This document shows, piece after piece, positions 47,701-57,633 of a DNA stretch of 64,000 bases (the stretch's first letter is position 1; each line of letters starts with the position of its first letter). The DNA lies in the IMG/VR virus record IMGVR_UViG_3300023198_001125. One strand, written 5' to 3'. Made by a program: the position numbers and the translations under genes. The notes under the pieces were generated by a model that made no database searches, was not told the origin of the DNA, and saw only the letters and a list, made by a program, of their open reading frames with translations. Source of the DNA: a virus.

Positions 47701-48414
47701 GAGGTCATCGACGACATCCATAGGGATTACGTCCTGAACGTCACTCCATGGTTCATAACTCTCTAAAAATCGCATGTACTTCATTCGTTTGCTTTCGTTG
47801 TCGGAGAAGAATACGTAAGTCCATCCGTTTTCATCAGTTTCGGCGTCGAAAAACTCTAGTGAGAGGTCAGTATTTCCATATAGTCTACCCTCCCACTGGT
47901 ACCCCGCTGGATAGGTAACCATTACTGTTGCCCATACACCCGTTGGTGAGGGCACATCACGCATCACGCATGTCGTTGGGCCAATAGGGGCGATTGAGAG
48001 AGTTCCCGCGATAGGGAACCCAGTATATGTGTTTGCACCACCAAGAGATGAGCCGCTAAAATCAGAGTATTTCACTGATCCGCCGCTCTCTTGATAGAAC
48101 ACACGGTTCTGGTAAAGACCTGGCCTGCTGTTGGCTTTCAATGAACGTCCTGTGCTTGTCCATCCCGGCCAACTGCCTCCAGGAGATGATAGATAGCAGT
48201 AGTACAGTGTGTTGCTGATGTTTGCTACTCTATATATGGTGCTCCCCTTAGTGGCGGCATCGTATGACTTCATGTTGCTGTACAACGCACCATCGCTCCC
48301 CGACTTATTCATGTTAGAGAAGCGCAGGCGGTTGTCTCTTGCTACAAGACGACTGCTAACTATACGTGCCGATTGTGCGGCGGCCGATACTAGACCTGAC
48401 GGTACTGTTCTCAT
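44707..48414 (-). CDS. large tail/baseplate hub (Tal-like) protein
   Basis: 1235 aa; follows the distal tail gene; C-terminal ACDPRVEAGDII motif. Confidence 0.7.
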   Translation of the reverse strand: MRTVPSGLVSAAAQSARIVSSRLVARDNRLRFSNMNKSGSDGALYSNMKSYDAATKGSTIYRVANISNTLYYCYLSSPGGSWPGWTSTGRSLKANSRPGLYQNRVFYQESGGSVKYSDFSGSSLGGANTYTGFPIAGTLSIAPIGPTTCVMRDVPSPTGVWATVMVTYPAGYQWEGRLYGNTDLSLEFFDAETDENGWTYVFFSDNESKRMKYMRFLESYEPWSDVQDVIPMDVVDDLNQFAWGGVTRPGSIGSDEPWALTGDLWVGGALIRTDGGHMQMYSQGPPWTMGRDIFVGTDGTTDDNILAGGKMHFIGSKVYYIGPGFGYEADGVDFTGDTSPSLSIDDVHSVRFTSSQNDSAKIIADIPPSVSGSALRSGSDLIWYASVAQEGGSPQEVKMGTFNIDVVLDDQGESGEYKTIIGRSRSAKNLQMWKPDTSYDYWGADTKIASPALRSEVIRVDGHWEVVADKLTCTDMNPVSNLATQEKLGLMYSTARPSRGGIAQMKFKYDSDTNYNPIAGIAINYYVETKEQAAERAGVADPNTLSWLDYGRNYLLVAWGTKEHSGAPGVSLRAVRDGDWVTWPVLNTVSLALSAATDYWLMVRYQEGHIDVYYRADSASSWTKLFTESFEEEDKPYFRAQPVGRFGLFTHNEISWTYNRPHNNTATYLPFGWKVDQYSNALPVPEVYIVDEEQYYVTAIGGTASTARSAWINQECHLWPNDGQPKDNPGFTPPANSFPIWGEYVGGLGDTSANYYNDMMVVVLDGPAKGNTYEVAAGGWDYDAPRQWKPTGGYFSPTNPDWLDFVGNVSYGEWDTKNFSRIFVTEDTRGAFRPGTQWAIVYKGTCTRGYNSTLISSHNDLTEKLNLYTPGRVHIDEFNVFTNEKEWSMEEMIVEIARKAGVQNIEAKKHMDRTVTSSGSWNLGSQFGSYKIKQANCVVHMAMLGSSGKGGIQFGRTSSGSGGWVVYVQGGSNGHAVLMTADSQTVLQSVPLNNSTYATDGWMTFSVQEQRANVYLAGALVAAFKLPEEINTQSWAAPAYSGATVRYNWPELGQRVDNFIMDIGIKGSSSMNRLIGQKRIYWQDDQNGDLRLYREKVTVNSGDPYDLANAGGGEYNETNMATRVRVEGADAAMSIDEDALAEHGNLFFLANSEDVMTAQDAQVEADWLLDEVYKQSNSYNLSGACDPRVEAGDIIEVEFPDETVSIVVDRIAIAMEVSKTQAVFDMQIQGHDANT

Positions 48415-48803
48415 GTAGCTGTTACCTTTACGTTGACCAGTATTTCGTTACTGGCGACATCCCAGTCGGGCTGGATACTTTGTTCACTGAACGAGCCTTG
48501 TATAGCTGCTTCAGTGTAGACTTCTTCGTAGTGATCTGTAAATGTGAATAGAACCTTTCTGGCAAGCTGTGTTCTCAAGGTGGCTATTGTTCCGTAGCTG
48601 CCACCAGGAGAAGTTACAGGCGCTTTTATGTCGCCTTCCCATTCCTTGACGTCTGCATTGCCATAAGTTACATCCATTTTACCAGATAACAATATCCTCG
48701 CGGTGCTGGGATTGTTAGGTGCATAGTGCCATGTTTTGGAAATGGTTTTATACCAGTAGGTATCGGTTCCATCATTGATGATGATGTATGGTTTGAAAGC
48801 CAT
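48411..48803 (-). CDS. distal tail protein-like
   Basis: 130 aa directly after the tape measure gene. Confidence 0.55.
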   Translation of the reverse strand: MAFKPYIIINDGTDTYWYKTISKTWHYAPNNPSTARILLSGKMDVTYGNADVKEWEGDIKAPVTSPGGSYGTIATLRTQLARKVLFTFTDHYEEVYTEAAIQGSFSEQSIQPDWDVASNEILVNVKVTAT

Positions 48804-51800
48804 TAGAACCCTCCTTCTATTTCTGCTAGCAGACGAGCGATTGTTGCCAGTCTACGAGGATCGAGATTGCCAATTACAGCAAATAACACGGCTAGCTCGT
48901 GTGCTATATCATCGCTTACTTTACTCATTGATGTAAATGATTTACCAATTTCTTGAGCCTTGGTAGTGCTTAGTTTATCAACCTCAATAACCATGTCTGA
49001 GAGAGCTTCGAATACTGCCATAGGATCGTGTTTGATTATCTCCCCAGTGCTCTTTTCCATGGTATCGAAAGCAAGCGATGTTATACCCATCGCCTTGGAG
49101 AACGTTTCTTGTTCCTCGGCGGCCTGTGCTTGAACCGCGGCCGCAGCAGCCTGTAATGCTAGTTGCTCTGCTTGGTACTCGCGTTGCTTGGCAACCATCT
49201 CATCTTGAAGCTTCTTGTTTTCTTGGTAGAAGGCAATTTGCTTCTCAAGGTGCTCTGAGTTCATCTCGAACACGGTTTCACGTTGCTCTTGCTGTAGCTC
49301 GAACTGCTCTTCGTCGAGCTCCATCATGGTCTCAGAGTAGCCTTGTGCCTTTTCGAACCGCTCATCCTCACGAGCCCATGTTTCTTCTTGGCGCTCTCTT
49401 TGAGTGTCGACTTGCTCACCCTCGAGATTAAATTTAGTTGTAGCACGTTCTTTCTGGCGTACCAGGTTAGAGCGCTTACGGCCAGATGAAGTTCGGATGG
49501 CCTCATCCATATCTTCCATCGCCCACCCAAAGCCCATGTTCCGCATGCTGTCCTGGAAGTTCCAGTCCTCTTGTGCCCAGCCACGCTGCATTTGCATTCC
49601 TTCTTGCTGGAACCCAAATTGCCATCTCTGGTTGGCCTGGTTGACGGCCATGCGTGTGCCTTGGATTTCCTCTCCGCGGACTGCAAACTCGTTTTGAGTT
49701 TCCATCATGTCGCGAGAGAAACCAAAGTTGTACATTTGCTGTCTGTGAGCTAATGCACGTTGTCTGTCTTGGATACCCCAGATACTATCTTCTGTTGGTG
49801 TGCCTGTCCATTCTCCACCACCCCACAGCATGCGTCTTGATAGAGCTACACCAGCCATTGCTATACCGGCTGATTGGCGCTGGTAACCAGCCATACGTGA
49901 GGCATGTAGAGTTTGGGCTGTTTGTCCAGATATGTTGAAGGCACCCATCATTTCTTGGTCAATACCACTTGAGCCAAGAAGCGCTTGCGTCCGTTGCATC
50001 TGTGTAGCACCAGGCCCAGCCATCTGTAAGCTTCTCAAGGACGTAGATAGCTGTGAACCTGCTGGGACGAGCCCAGCATTTATCATTTGGCCTGTTCTTC
50101 CCTGGAGGGTCTTAGTGAAAGCACCAAAGTCGGTCGTGAACATTGGAGCGCCAGCTTGGTTACGGAAGTTCCACTGGCTTGCGTCCTGGAATAGCTCTGG
50201 CTGGGTATTGGCCATATATGAAATGGTTCCCATATCGCCACCAACCATAGCGCCTACCTGTGATATCTGCTGGTCAGTTAGGTTCTGCCCCATGCCACCG
50301 GCAAGAACTTGCATAGCGTTGGTATATCCCTGTCGCATAAGTGGCTCTGCTATTGATGGAATTGCTGAGCCTGCATAAGAGGACACGCCAGCTATTGGAG
50401 ATATAAATCTCTCTGGATCGTCGTACCCTACACCATAAGCGGCTCCTGCTCCTAGCCATCTTTGGGCGCTTTGTACTTGTTGTGCGTTTGAGAACCCTAG
50501 TCTTTCTGCCGCCCCTAGAGCAATTTGGGCTTCTTGTCCCATGCCTGTGAGTGCACTAGCTAGAGGGGTATCGACATTGTAGGTCAAGAGGTTTCCACGT
50601 CTTTCGACTTGCTCTCTGACCATATCGAACATAGTGTACTCTCTGCCGGTAGCACTATATGCTACTATATCTTCTCCCTCTAGACCACCTCTTGAGCCTA
50701 CCGCCATCAGGGATTGCACTGGGCCCATACGAGCGGCCGTTGTCAACTTGTTCTTTTTAGTTAGTCTTTCTGCTGTTGACGTGCTTCTGAAGTAAGGTGC
50801 TATTTGTCCAGAGAACTGGGCATTTCTTGCAGCGCTACCTTGCAGTCTGTAGAACTCAGAAATGTCATTCTCTGCCATTGTGGAGTTGAATGTTTCCCAG
50901 AAGCCTTCGAACTCTGGTGTTCCTGGTATGTATCCGAAAGCATCGGACATCTGCATAAAAGCGTTTGTTCCTTGCTCTACAGATAGTCCCATTTCAGCCC
51001 ATTGTCTGGCTGTGTCTTCAAAGCCTTTAGGTACGTAGCCTAGACCCTGAACAACCTTGGCGAGCGCTTGGTACATTCCTCCGCCAGTTTCACCAGTTGC
51101 CTCGTCAATGGCCTTGTACATACCTATTGTGTTCTGGGTCATCTCTGGCTGGTCTTGATAGTTGACTATGGCGCGTGCCTGTGGTGTCATAAATTGAGTG
51201 AGCTTCGCATCTGACATAGGTGCGCCGAATATAGCTTCGAGCCCCTCGCCCTGGAACATTGCGGCGAGGTTCTGTCTCGTTGTTCCGCCTGCGGCTTTGC
51301 TTGCTTGTGAGCGATGCCAATCAGCAGATAGCTCACGCGTTACGCTACCAATGGATACCGGTGGCTGATCTGGGTTAGCGGCGTTGTATAGCTCCATTGC
51401 ACCGACAGTTCCAGCTAGGGCGACAGCGGCCGGAATGGCAACTGTTGATATTGCGCTACCAAGACCTGCCATCATTCCAGCGCCTTGCACACCCATCGAT
51501 CCGCCAAATGCACCCATGAAACCTAGAGTTTGTCCTGCGATCACACCGCTAGTGGCAAGACCACCGGCTAGCGCAAGCCCAGACATAGCTCTTGGGCCTG
51601 CACCCGAGCCGCCCGTGAATGAGTACGCGGCGTCTGTTATTCCACCAAGTTGCTCAAAAGCACCACGTTGCATGAAGCTTTCTACTCCGCGTTGCCTTGC
51701 TCCAAACCCGGTTTCGGTTGAAGTTATTCCTGGGCCAGCCATTGGGCCATATTGCTGGGCGTTGAGGATGTGAAATAGTGGTGCCCCCTGACTTATTTCT

Positions 51801-54800
51801 TCACCATATTTTTGTGCGGCTTGAACTTGTGGTGCTGCGGTCATACTCCACATACGCTTTGTGATGTATGCAGCATACATCATACCCCCAGCTCTACCAC
51901 CGAATAGGTTCAAGCGGCCTCTTCCTGGCCCTGCTGGGCCTGCTGGGCCAGCTCCGCCACGACCAAACATTAGAGCGCGCCCCTTGTCGTCTATCCGCTG
52001 TATTCCACCTCCACCAGAGGAGGCGAGTGCTCTTGGGTCTACGCCTTCGCTGTCAAGTCGTGCCCTAAGTGCTGGATTTTGTGCCATAACCTCGTCAACA
52101 TTGGCTTCATTGACATTTAGCCTGAAGGCTGTGGCGGCACCAGTTTTTGCTCTTCCAAGCTCTTGTCCCTCTAGCCCGGTTGTTACTTTGGCAATGGCCC
52201 CTTGGCCAATCGATCTTGAAACTGCTCTTTGTGTTTCAATTATCGCTCTCTCGGCATGCGGCATGTCTTTAGCGAGAGCCTTGTCGTATGTATCGATTAT
52301 TGCCTTGTTGAAACGCTGCATGACAGAGCCAACTACATTTCCGGCACCTCCAGCACCTTGGAAAGACCCCTCTGTAGCTTTTATCAAGGCACTGTTGGCT
52401 ACGTTAGCGGCTTGCGTAACCTGCCCTTTGTTTAGAACCTGGGTGCCCTCTTGTGTTACCAGCTCGCCATCGACGATGTTCATGTCGCTGCCACCCATTT
52501 GGATGGTTCCCCTGACGTTCTCTGGGTTTATAGCGTCTCGTCTGAGCTGTGTTACTATATTTTCAGGGTTGCGTACAGTTTCAGCACGTCTGACTTGTCT
52601 TCTCCAGTAGGCTTTCTTATCTGCTTCGTAACCGGCGTTTCTTGGAGCTACGCTTGGGTTCCTGTTTGGGCTACCCTCATCGGTGAGTTCATGGCCTTCT
52701 CTCCATTTTGCATTTGCCGCTCTGTCTCTCTCCCATGATTTCTCTATCGATCTACTGGTGGCCCATAAGTCAGAGCGCTTCTCTTGTCTAGGTACAGTCG
52801 ATGAAATGGTGTTGCCACCACTTGTTGGTACATTTGTCCATCCGCCTGTATCCCCTGATATTTCATATCCGGCAATCATCGCAGCTTGAGTGTATGCTGC
52901 GCGTACTCCACCAATGTTTGCGCTGCCATGCTTTACCTGCATAGGCACGCCGGTCTCGGCAGAAGTCGTTATTTGCTTAACCATCCCCTTGAATATGTCT
53001 TGTCTTGAGTATCCCTCACCTGATGTATTTCGAAGATGGTTTCTTAGAGCATCAAAGGCTTTCATCCTGCCATAGCTTTTTTGCTGGGCAGTACGAGGGC
53101 CAGCACGAGCTGCTTGTTCCTCTGCTCTGGCAATGACGCTGGCCTCTCTAGCGTCGTCTGGGTCTCCTTCAGCATTCACCCTGTCGATTTCTTCTTGGAA
53201 GCTACCGGCAGTATTTGGGTCTTCAAAGTTAGGCAGGTTGCCAAGTACCCTACCTCTTGTTATTGCCTTTGGCTTGAGTGCGGTAGTCTCACCCATGTGC
53301 TCTACAAGGGTGGCCGCCTGCTCACCCTTGGCAATCTTATCCTCGTATTTTCGGAAGAACTCAGCATACTCTGGGAAGTCTTTCTCCAGTCTTTCGCCAC
53401 CTAAACCAGCGGCGGCGGCATAGGCTTGAGCAAACTCCTCTCTGAATGATGCAGACTTGCTTGGCCATCTGGCCGTGAGCATATTCTCTTTACCGACCTG
53501 CTCTAGGCGGGCAGTATATACCTTGAGGAACTCTTTTCTTACAGTGGCATCTGCATATCTGAAGACAACATGACCTAGTTCATGGAAGCCAGCAAGCTTC
53601 TGTACCATGTACGATCTTTGCAGCCCTTCCATGCCTGGGTATTTCTTTGCAAGTTCAACTTCTGAAATATATTGATAAGGCTTACCTTCTGGATCGATAG
53701 CTCTCAGGTATCCTGTTTGGTCAATAGCTCTACCACGACCAGGGGCACCCTCAAAGGCTTCTTCCTCTGATAGGTGCTGACCAGGTACGAATTCTGTCGG
53801 AACTAGCTGACGCGCACGGAATGATGTTGGCCGTTGCTTCATTCCTAGAGGATCGACTGCTGCCTCTTTGCTCCACTGGTTTTCTTCACTCCATGTTGGA
53901 GGCGGCGGAGGTCTTCTATGCTGTGATGTTGGAGCAGCAGCTTGCTGTGCTACATCAACTACCCGCTGCGGTGTTGTTACAGCCCTGTCAGGTGGTCTTA
54001 CGCCGTGCACCATCTCTATGCCATCCTGCCATAGCTTGTACTCCATATCGTTCAGTTGAGTATTCCGCGCTAGGTCGGTAGGCGATATACTACTGCCTCC
54101 GGTATGGGTGGTACGGACATAGGCAGATTGAAGATTGCGGTTCTGTCTCTGTCCTATTACGTCTCTTCGTTCACTCTCGAGCCTGTCTTGTTCCCACTCA
54201 ATTTGCTCAAGTGGGCTCATTGCACGCTGCTCACGCTCTGGTCTGTCGCCAGGGATAGGATTATATAGCCCAGCTTGCGGGAGGCCATAACCACTTTGTA
54301 CTGTTCTGCCAGCTCTTTGCTCTATATAGTCTAGCCTGTTATAGGGAGGTACCCATTCTTTGCGCTCTGAGCTTCCGTAGAGAAAAGCTTCACTTTTTCC
54401 TCTGGTTAGAAGAGGCCATGGCTGTCGTAGTGTTCTCGCTGCTCTGACCTGTGGTATCAGCGCGCCTCGAGTAGCCTCATCTGGGCTTGTTAGAAGATAC
54501 TGTTGATCGGGATCAAGCGATTGTCTACCGGCTGTAAGAAGAGGCCATGGTTTTGTAGGATATGGAGGTTTTGCCGGATGCCTTGACTGAGGCATGAATG
54601 CATCTGGATCGTTTTCGAACTGCGATGTGACCATCGGCACACGTTCCCCAGTACGTGGGTCGTTTATATATACCAGGTTACGTGATCTTTCACTTTCGGC
54701 AGTTACCAGCTCTTGCAGGAAGCCCTGGTTCTCTGTGATAGACGGGCGTGCTGATACATACCCCTCCATGTGCTTCCATATTTGATTAGCTACACCGCGC

Positions 54801-55762
54801 TCTCTGTGAAATAAGTCTTTGACATTTTCCCCTGGAGGAAGAAACTTCCCATATAGAGGGTTGTCTCTTATATCTCGTGGTGATGCATTCCCGGTCAGGA
54901 AGAGGACGTGCTGTGGGTTCATAGCCTTCATGCCACGACGAAGGTTCGTTGGCATTTGATTTGGAAGGTCTCTATATACCATCTTGGCCAGATCGGCGGC
55001 GACTTCCTCTGTTGATGGTGTTCTGGTTTGCATACCAGGCATTGGGGGCTGTGTGTTCATGCCTGGGTCGCGGAAATCGGCACCAAATTGTGCTCCGGCA
55101 ACGTCTCCAAGGCTTCCTGCCGCCTGTGGTGGCTCACTGAATGTTTCTCGGCGACCGAATTGTTGTACAGCCTCAAAGGCTTTGCCAAGACCATATTGGA
55201 CAATACTACGTAGCCCTGTTGGGTTACTTCCTGGCTGGTAGTTAGGAAAAGCTCTTTCTACAATACCAACTACCATTTCGCCAAAGACTTCGGGCCCAGA
55301 CTGGAATAATCTAGTTGGGGCTTGCTCGGCAAGGCCCTGGGTCATATTGTTTATAAGTACCTGCTGCAATGCTCTTACATCACCAGCGGCTTTGAATGTC
55401 TCGGTGCCGCGTATGAACTGTCCTTTCTGTTGCTTAGTGGCATCAGCAGGAACATCTACCCAGTATTTTCTTTGTAGCTCTTTGAGAACAGGGGGAAGAG
55501 TGCTGTTGAGCACTCTTTGTTCAGCTAGCCCTCTCTGGTACTCGAGAGGGCCGTCTTTTCTCCAGAAGCTCTTGTAGTGCTTCTGTCGTTCGGGAGAACT
55601 CAGGCTCTCGTTTTTTTCAAGAGGAAATTGTGAAAGATAGTCCTGTTCATATAGTTTCTGAATTTCCCGAGCTGATGCATTGGCCACCTCAGGAAGCAAC
55701 CAGACACTATCCCGCATTATTTGTTTGTACCAGCTAGAGTGAGAGAATTCGTATGGTTCCAT
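48803..55762 (-). CDS. tape-measure-position protein with an internal HExxH metallopeptidase motif
   Basis: 2319 aa after the chaperones; FHELGH at 53570-53584; C-terminal helical Q/E-rich region. Confidence 0.75.
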   Translation of the reverse strand: MEPYEFSHSSWYKQIMRDSVWLLPEVANASAREIQKLYEQDYLSQFPLEKNESLSSPERQKHYKSFWRKDGPLEYQRGLAEQRVLNSTLPPVLKELQRKYWVDVPADATKQQKGQFIRGTETFKAAGDVRALQQVLINNMTQGLAEQAPTRLFQSGPEVFGEMVVGIVERAFPNYQPGSNPTGLRSIVQYGLGKAFEAVQQFGRRETFSEPPQAAGSLGDVAGAQFGADFRDPGMNTQPPMPGMQTRTPSTEEVAADLAKMVYRDLPNQMPTNLRRGMKAMNPQHVLFLTGNASPRDIRDNPLYGKFLPPGENVKDLFHRERGVANQIWKHMEGYVSARPSITENQGFLQELVTAESERSRNLVYINDPRTGERVPMVTSQFENDPDAFMPQSRHPAKPPYPTKPWPLLTAGRQSLDPDQQYLLTSPDEATRGALIPQVRAARTLRQPWPLLTRGKSEAFLYGSSERKEWVPPYNRLDYIEQRAGRTVQSGYGLPQAGLYNPIPGDRPEREQRAMSPLEQIEWEQDRLESERRDVIGQRQNRNLQSAYVRTTHTGGSSISPTDLARNTQLNDMEYKLWQDGIEMVHGVRPPDRAVTTPQRVVDVAQQAAAPTSQHRRPPPPPTWSEENQWSKEAAVDPLGMKQRPTSFRARQLVPTEFVPGQHLSEEEAFEGAPGRGRAIDQTGYLRAIDPEGKPYQYISEVELAKKYPGMEGLQRSYMVQKLAGFHELGHVVFRYADATVRKEFLKVYTARLEQVGKENMLTARWPSKSASFREEFAQAYAAAAGLGGERLEKDFPEYAEFFRKYEDKIAKGEQAATLVEHMGETTALKPKAITRGRVLGNLPNFEDPNTAGSFQEEIDRVNAEGDPDDAREASVIARAEEQAARAGPRTAQQKSYGRMKAFDALRNHLRNTSGEGYSRQDIFKGMVKQITTSAETGVPMQVKHGSANIGGVRAAYTQAAMIAGYEISGDTGGWTNVPTSGGNTISSTVPRQEKRSDLWATSRSIEKSWERDRAANAKWREGHELTDEGSPNRNPSVAPRNAGYEADKKAYWRRQVRRAETVRNPENIVTQLRRDAINPENVRGTIQMGGSDMNIVDGELVTQEGTQVLNKGQVTQAANVANSALIKATEGSFQGAGGAGNVVGSVMQRFNKAIIDTYDKALAKDMPHAERAIIETQRAVSRSIGQGAIAKVTTGLEGQELGRAKTGAATAFRLNVNEANVDEVMAQNPALRARLDSEGVDPRALASSGGGGIQRIDDKGRALMFGRGGAGPAGPAGPGRGRLNLFGGRAGGMMYAAYITKRMWSMTAAPQVQAAQKYGEEISQGAPLFHILNAQQYGPMAGPGITSTETGFGARQRGVESFMQRGAFEQLGGITDAAYSFTGGSGAGPRAMSGLALAGGLATSGVIAGQTLGFMGAFGGSMGVQGAGMMAGLGSAISTVAIPAAVALAGTVGAMELYNAANPDQPPVSIGSVTRELSADWHRSQASKAAGGTTRQNLAAMFQGEGLEAIFGAPMSDAKLTQFMTPQARAIVNYQDQPEMTQNTIGMYKAIDEATGETGGGMYQALAKVVQGLGYVPKGFEDTARQWAEMGLSVEQGTNAFMQMSDAFGYIPGTPEFEGFWETFNSTMAENDISEFYRLQGSAARNAQFSGQIAPYFRSTSTAERLTKKNKLTTAARMGPVQSLMAVGSRGGLEGEDIVAYSATGREYTMFDMVREQVERRGNLLTYNVDTPLASALTGMGQEAQIALGAAERLGFSNAQQVQSAQRWLGAGAAYGVGYDDPERFISPIAGVSSYAGSAIPSIAEPLMRQGYTNAMQVLAGGMGQNLTDQQISQVGAMVGGDMGTISYMANTQPELFQDASQWNFRNQAGAPMFTTDFGAFTKTLQGRTGQMINAGLVPAGSQLSTSLRSLQMAGPGATQMQRTQALLGSSGIDQEMMGAFNISGQTAQTLHASRMAGYQRQSAGIAMAGVALSRRMLWGGGEWTGTPTEDSIWGIQDRQRALAHRQQMYNFGFSRDMMETQNEFAVRGEEIQGTRMAVNQANQRWQFGFQQEGMQMQRGWAQEDWNFQDSMRNMGFGWAMEDMDEAIRTSSGRKRSNLVRQKERATTKFNLEGEQVDTQRERQEETWAREDERFEKAQGYSETMMELDEEQFELQQEQRETVFEMNSEHLEKQIAFYQENKKLQDEMVAKQREYQAEQLALQAAAAAVQAQAAEEQETFSKAMGITSLAFDTMEKSTGEIIKHDPMAVFEALSDMVIEVDKLSTTKAQEIGKSFTSMSKVSDDIAHELAVLFAVIGNLDPRRLATIARLLAEIEGGF

Positions 55763-55818
55763 AGTCTTCCCATAAGTATGGTCAAGACGGGAGGCGACGC
55801 CTTGGCCATACTTTTATT

Positions 55819-56088
55819 TTATGTTGGGAACTCGAGGCCAGGTATCTTCGCTAGCACGCCATCTTGTGCCTTGGAGATTTCCTCCTGTGCTGCTCTAGCA
55901 TCCTCAAGTCCTTCTTTGACCATTCCCATGAACTTGCCAAATAGCACTGGCTCGTCCAAGGGGTTTGGGAAGACGGGTCGTTTTTCGTATATCGACACAA
56001 ACGCTATTCGTATCAGCCATCTGAGCTCTGGGTCTGGTGCTTTCTCAGTGATGAGGACTTCAACAACTGCGTCCTCGAGCTCTTCCAT
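55819..56088 (-). CDS. tail assembly chaperone, gpT-like C-terminal part
   Basis: In the -1 frame of the upstream chaperone. Confidence 0.7.
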   Translation of the reverse strand: MEELEDAVVEVLITEKAPDPELRWLIRIAFVSIYEKRPVFPNPLDEPVLFGKFMGMVKEGLEDARAAQEEISKAQDGVLAKIPGLEFPT

Positions 56089-56090
56089 TG

Positions 56091-56531
56091 CTATTTCGGC
56101 GAGTTCGAATTTGGTTGCGTCGTCTCCACGTTTGGGTCAGCGGGCCCCCAGTAAGGGTAAGCTTCGCCGACTGCACCCCAGATTTCATAGAACATGTCTC
56201 TGGGTAGGAGACTGAGCGATAGTTCGATCTGTTCAACCGTGGCGTCGTCAGATAGGAAAGGCTCTCCGCCTTCTTCAATAGTCTTATTCTCATCTAACGG
56301 AATGTTTGTGCCCCCAAAAGTAAGTGCGACCTCACGCATGGCAATTTCCATGTGGGTCGGCGGAAGTTCGATCCTTCCTTCTGGTGTTGAGATGAGACGC
56401 CTGTGGTTGAGAAACTTTGACATTTCCAGCTCCATTCCTGTGGTTACTGGTGTTACTTTCCAGTACCAATCTGGCTCTTGTTCAAAGTTGTGTGTTACAT
56501 CTGTTGCTATTGCATATTTTCCGAATTTCAT
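56091..56531 (-). CDS. tail assembly chaperone, gpG-like
   Basis: Between major tail and tape measure genes; GGAGG RBS before ATG 56531. Confidence 0.75.
   Translation of the reverse strand: MKFGKYAIATDVTHNFEQEPDWYWKVTPVTTGMELEMSKFLNHRRLISTPEGRIELPPTHMEIAMREVALTFGGTNIPLDENKTIEEGGEPFLSDDATVEQIELSLSLLPRDMFYEIWGAVGEAYPYWGPADPNVETTQPNSNSPK
56130..56136 (-). promoter_or_regulatory. programmed -1 frameshift site C CCA AAC
   Basis: X XXY YYZ heptamer in frame; the -1 frame is open into 55819-56088. Confidence 0.75.
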
Positions 56532-56586
56532 TTCAGCCTCCATAGGGGAGGGTTTTCGATGTCGAAAACCCTCCTAAAGGTCACTC

Positions 56587-57633
56587 TTAGTACTGAGTGG
56601 ATTGTGTGTTGATCAGGTTGACAGTTACGGGTTCGTAAGAACCTGTTGGGTCAGCGGTGAATGTGCCTGTTACGGCCATGGTCAGTTGACGACCGGCTCT
56701 CATAGAGATCGGTGTCGCTGTCCATAGAACGTTGGCATCTGCTCCGGTTTGGGCGTTAGCTAGTACTTCGATTGAGTATGGATATGCAGTGTCAGCCTCG
56801 ACATCACTCTCGAACTTGAGACCGATGTCAGCTTCACGATAGACTTCTGCTAACCAAGCAGCTCCGTCTGCGGGATCGTAGTTCATCTTGTTATAGAGAA
56901 CCTTGTCCGTAGTCTTCACCACCATTGTAAGAGCGAATGCTCTTTGGTTGATATCGAAGTCATCAGGGTAGTAACTCCCTGTTATCCATTGCTCATCCAT
57001 AGGTATCTGCATACCCATGGTGAAAGCACCACTTAGGCACTTGACGGCTGTCGACGTTGGAAGTTCAGTTGTGAATAGGGGAGCCAAGAACTGCGGCCCT
57101 CCATCAACTGCGGCCAGAGCACTCCATGTACCAGTTGACACGTTTGGAGTGGGAAGCCCACCCAAGAATGCAACTTGTCCACGAAGATAATCTGCGGCCC
57201 TCCAGGTGAAAGCCAGGTTAGCTATTCTGCAATCCTGAAATGTTTCTCCCCAAAGTGAGCCAGGTGTTGACCGCACGGTGTGATACGGAGCGGCGAACTG
57301 GTCTGTGCCAAGGTCAAAGGCGTGAAGGTAAGCTGCTGTCGTTCCCTGCATTGCTGGAGCGGCAACGTCACCCATTGCACCTAGAAGAAACATGCCCGTG
57401 ATAGTTGGGCGGGGGATAAAGCTAAAAGCACCTACAGAGGTAACGCCAACCTTAGCTACGCCACGTAGCATAGCACCACCACCTACCTCTTGGTCAAGGG
57501 GCAGGTTGTTGTTCTGAGGCCCGACGGTTCCTTCGTTGAACAAAAAGTAAGAGAACTCCCCATCTGTTGTGTTGGGGGTTGCCTTAGCAGTTTGTTTTGC
57601 GAAGCCGACAAATGAGCTCTCGCTAGCGGTCAT
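56587..57633 (-). CDS. major tail protein
   Basis: 348 aa, position and beta-rich composition. Confidence 0.8.
   Translation of the reverse strand: MTASESSFVGFAKQTAKATPNTTDGEFSYFLFNEGTVGPQNNNLPLDQEVGGGAMLRGVAKVGVTSVGAFSFIPRPTITGMFLLGAMGDVAAPAMQGTTAAYLHAFDLGTDQFAAPYHTVRSTPGSLWGETFQDCRIANLAFTWRAADYLRGQVAFLGGLPTPNVSTGTWSALAAVDGGPQFLAPLFTTELPTSTAVKCLSGAFTMGMQIPMDEQWITGSYYPDDFDINQRAFALTMVVKTTDKVLYNKMNYDPADGAAWLAEVYREADIGLKFESDVEADTAYPYSIEVLANAQTGADANVLWTATPISMRAGRQLTMAVTGTFTADPTGSYEPVTVNLINTQSTQY

Noticed and set aside
49078-55577. Many plus-strand ORFs, including 51861-52610 (249 aa)
   Set aside because: Antisense shadows of the tape-measure-position gene.
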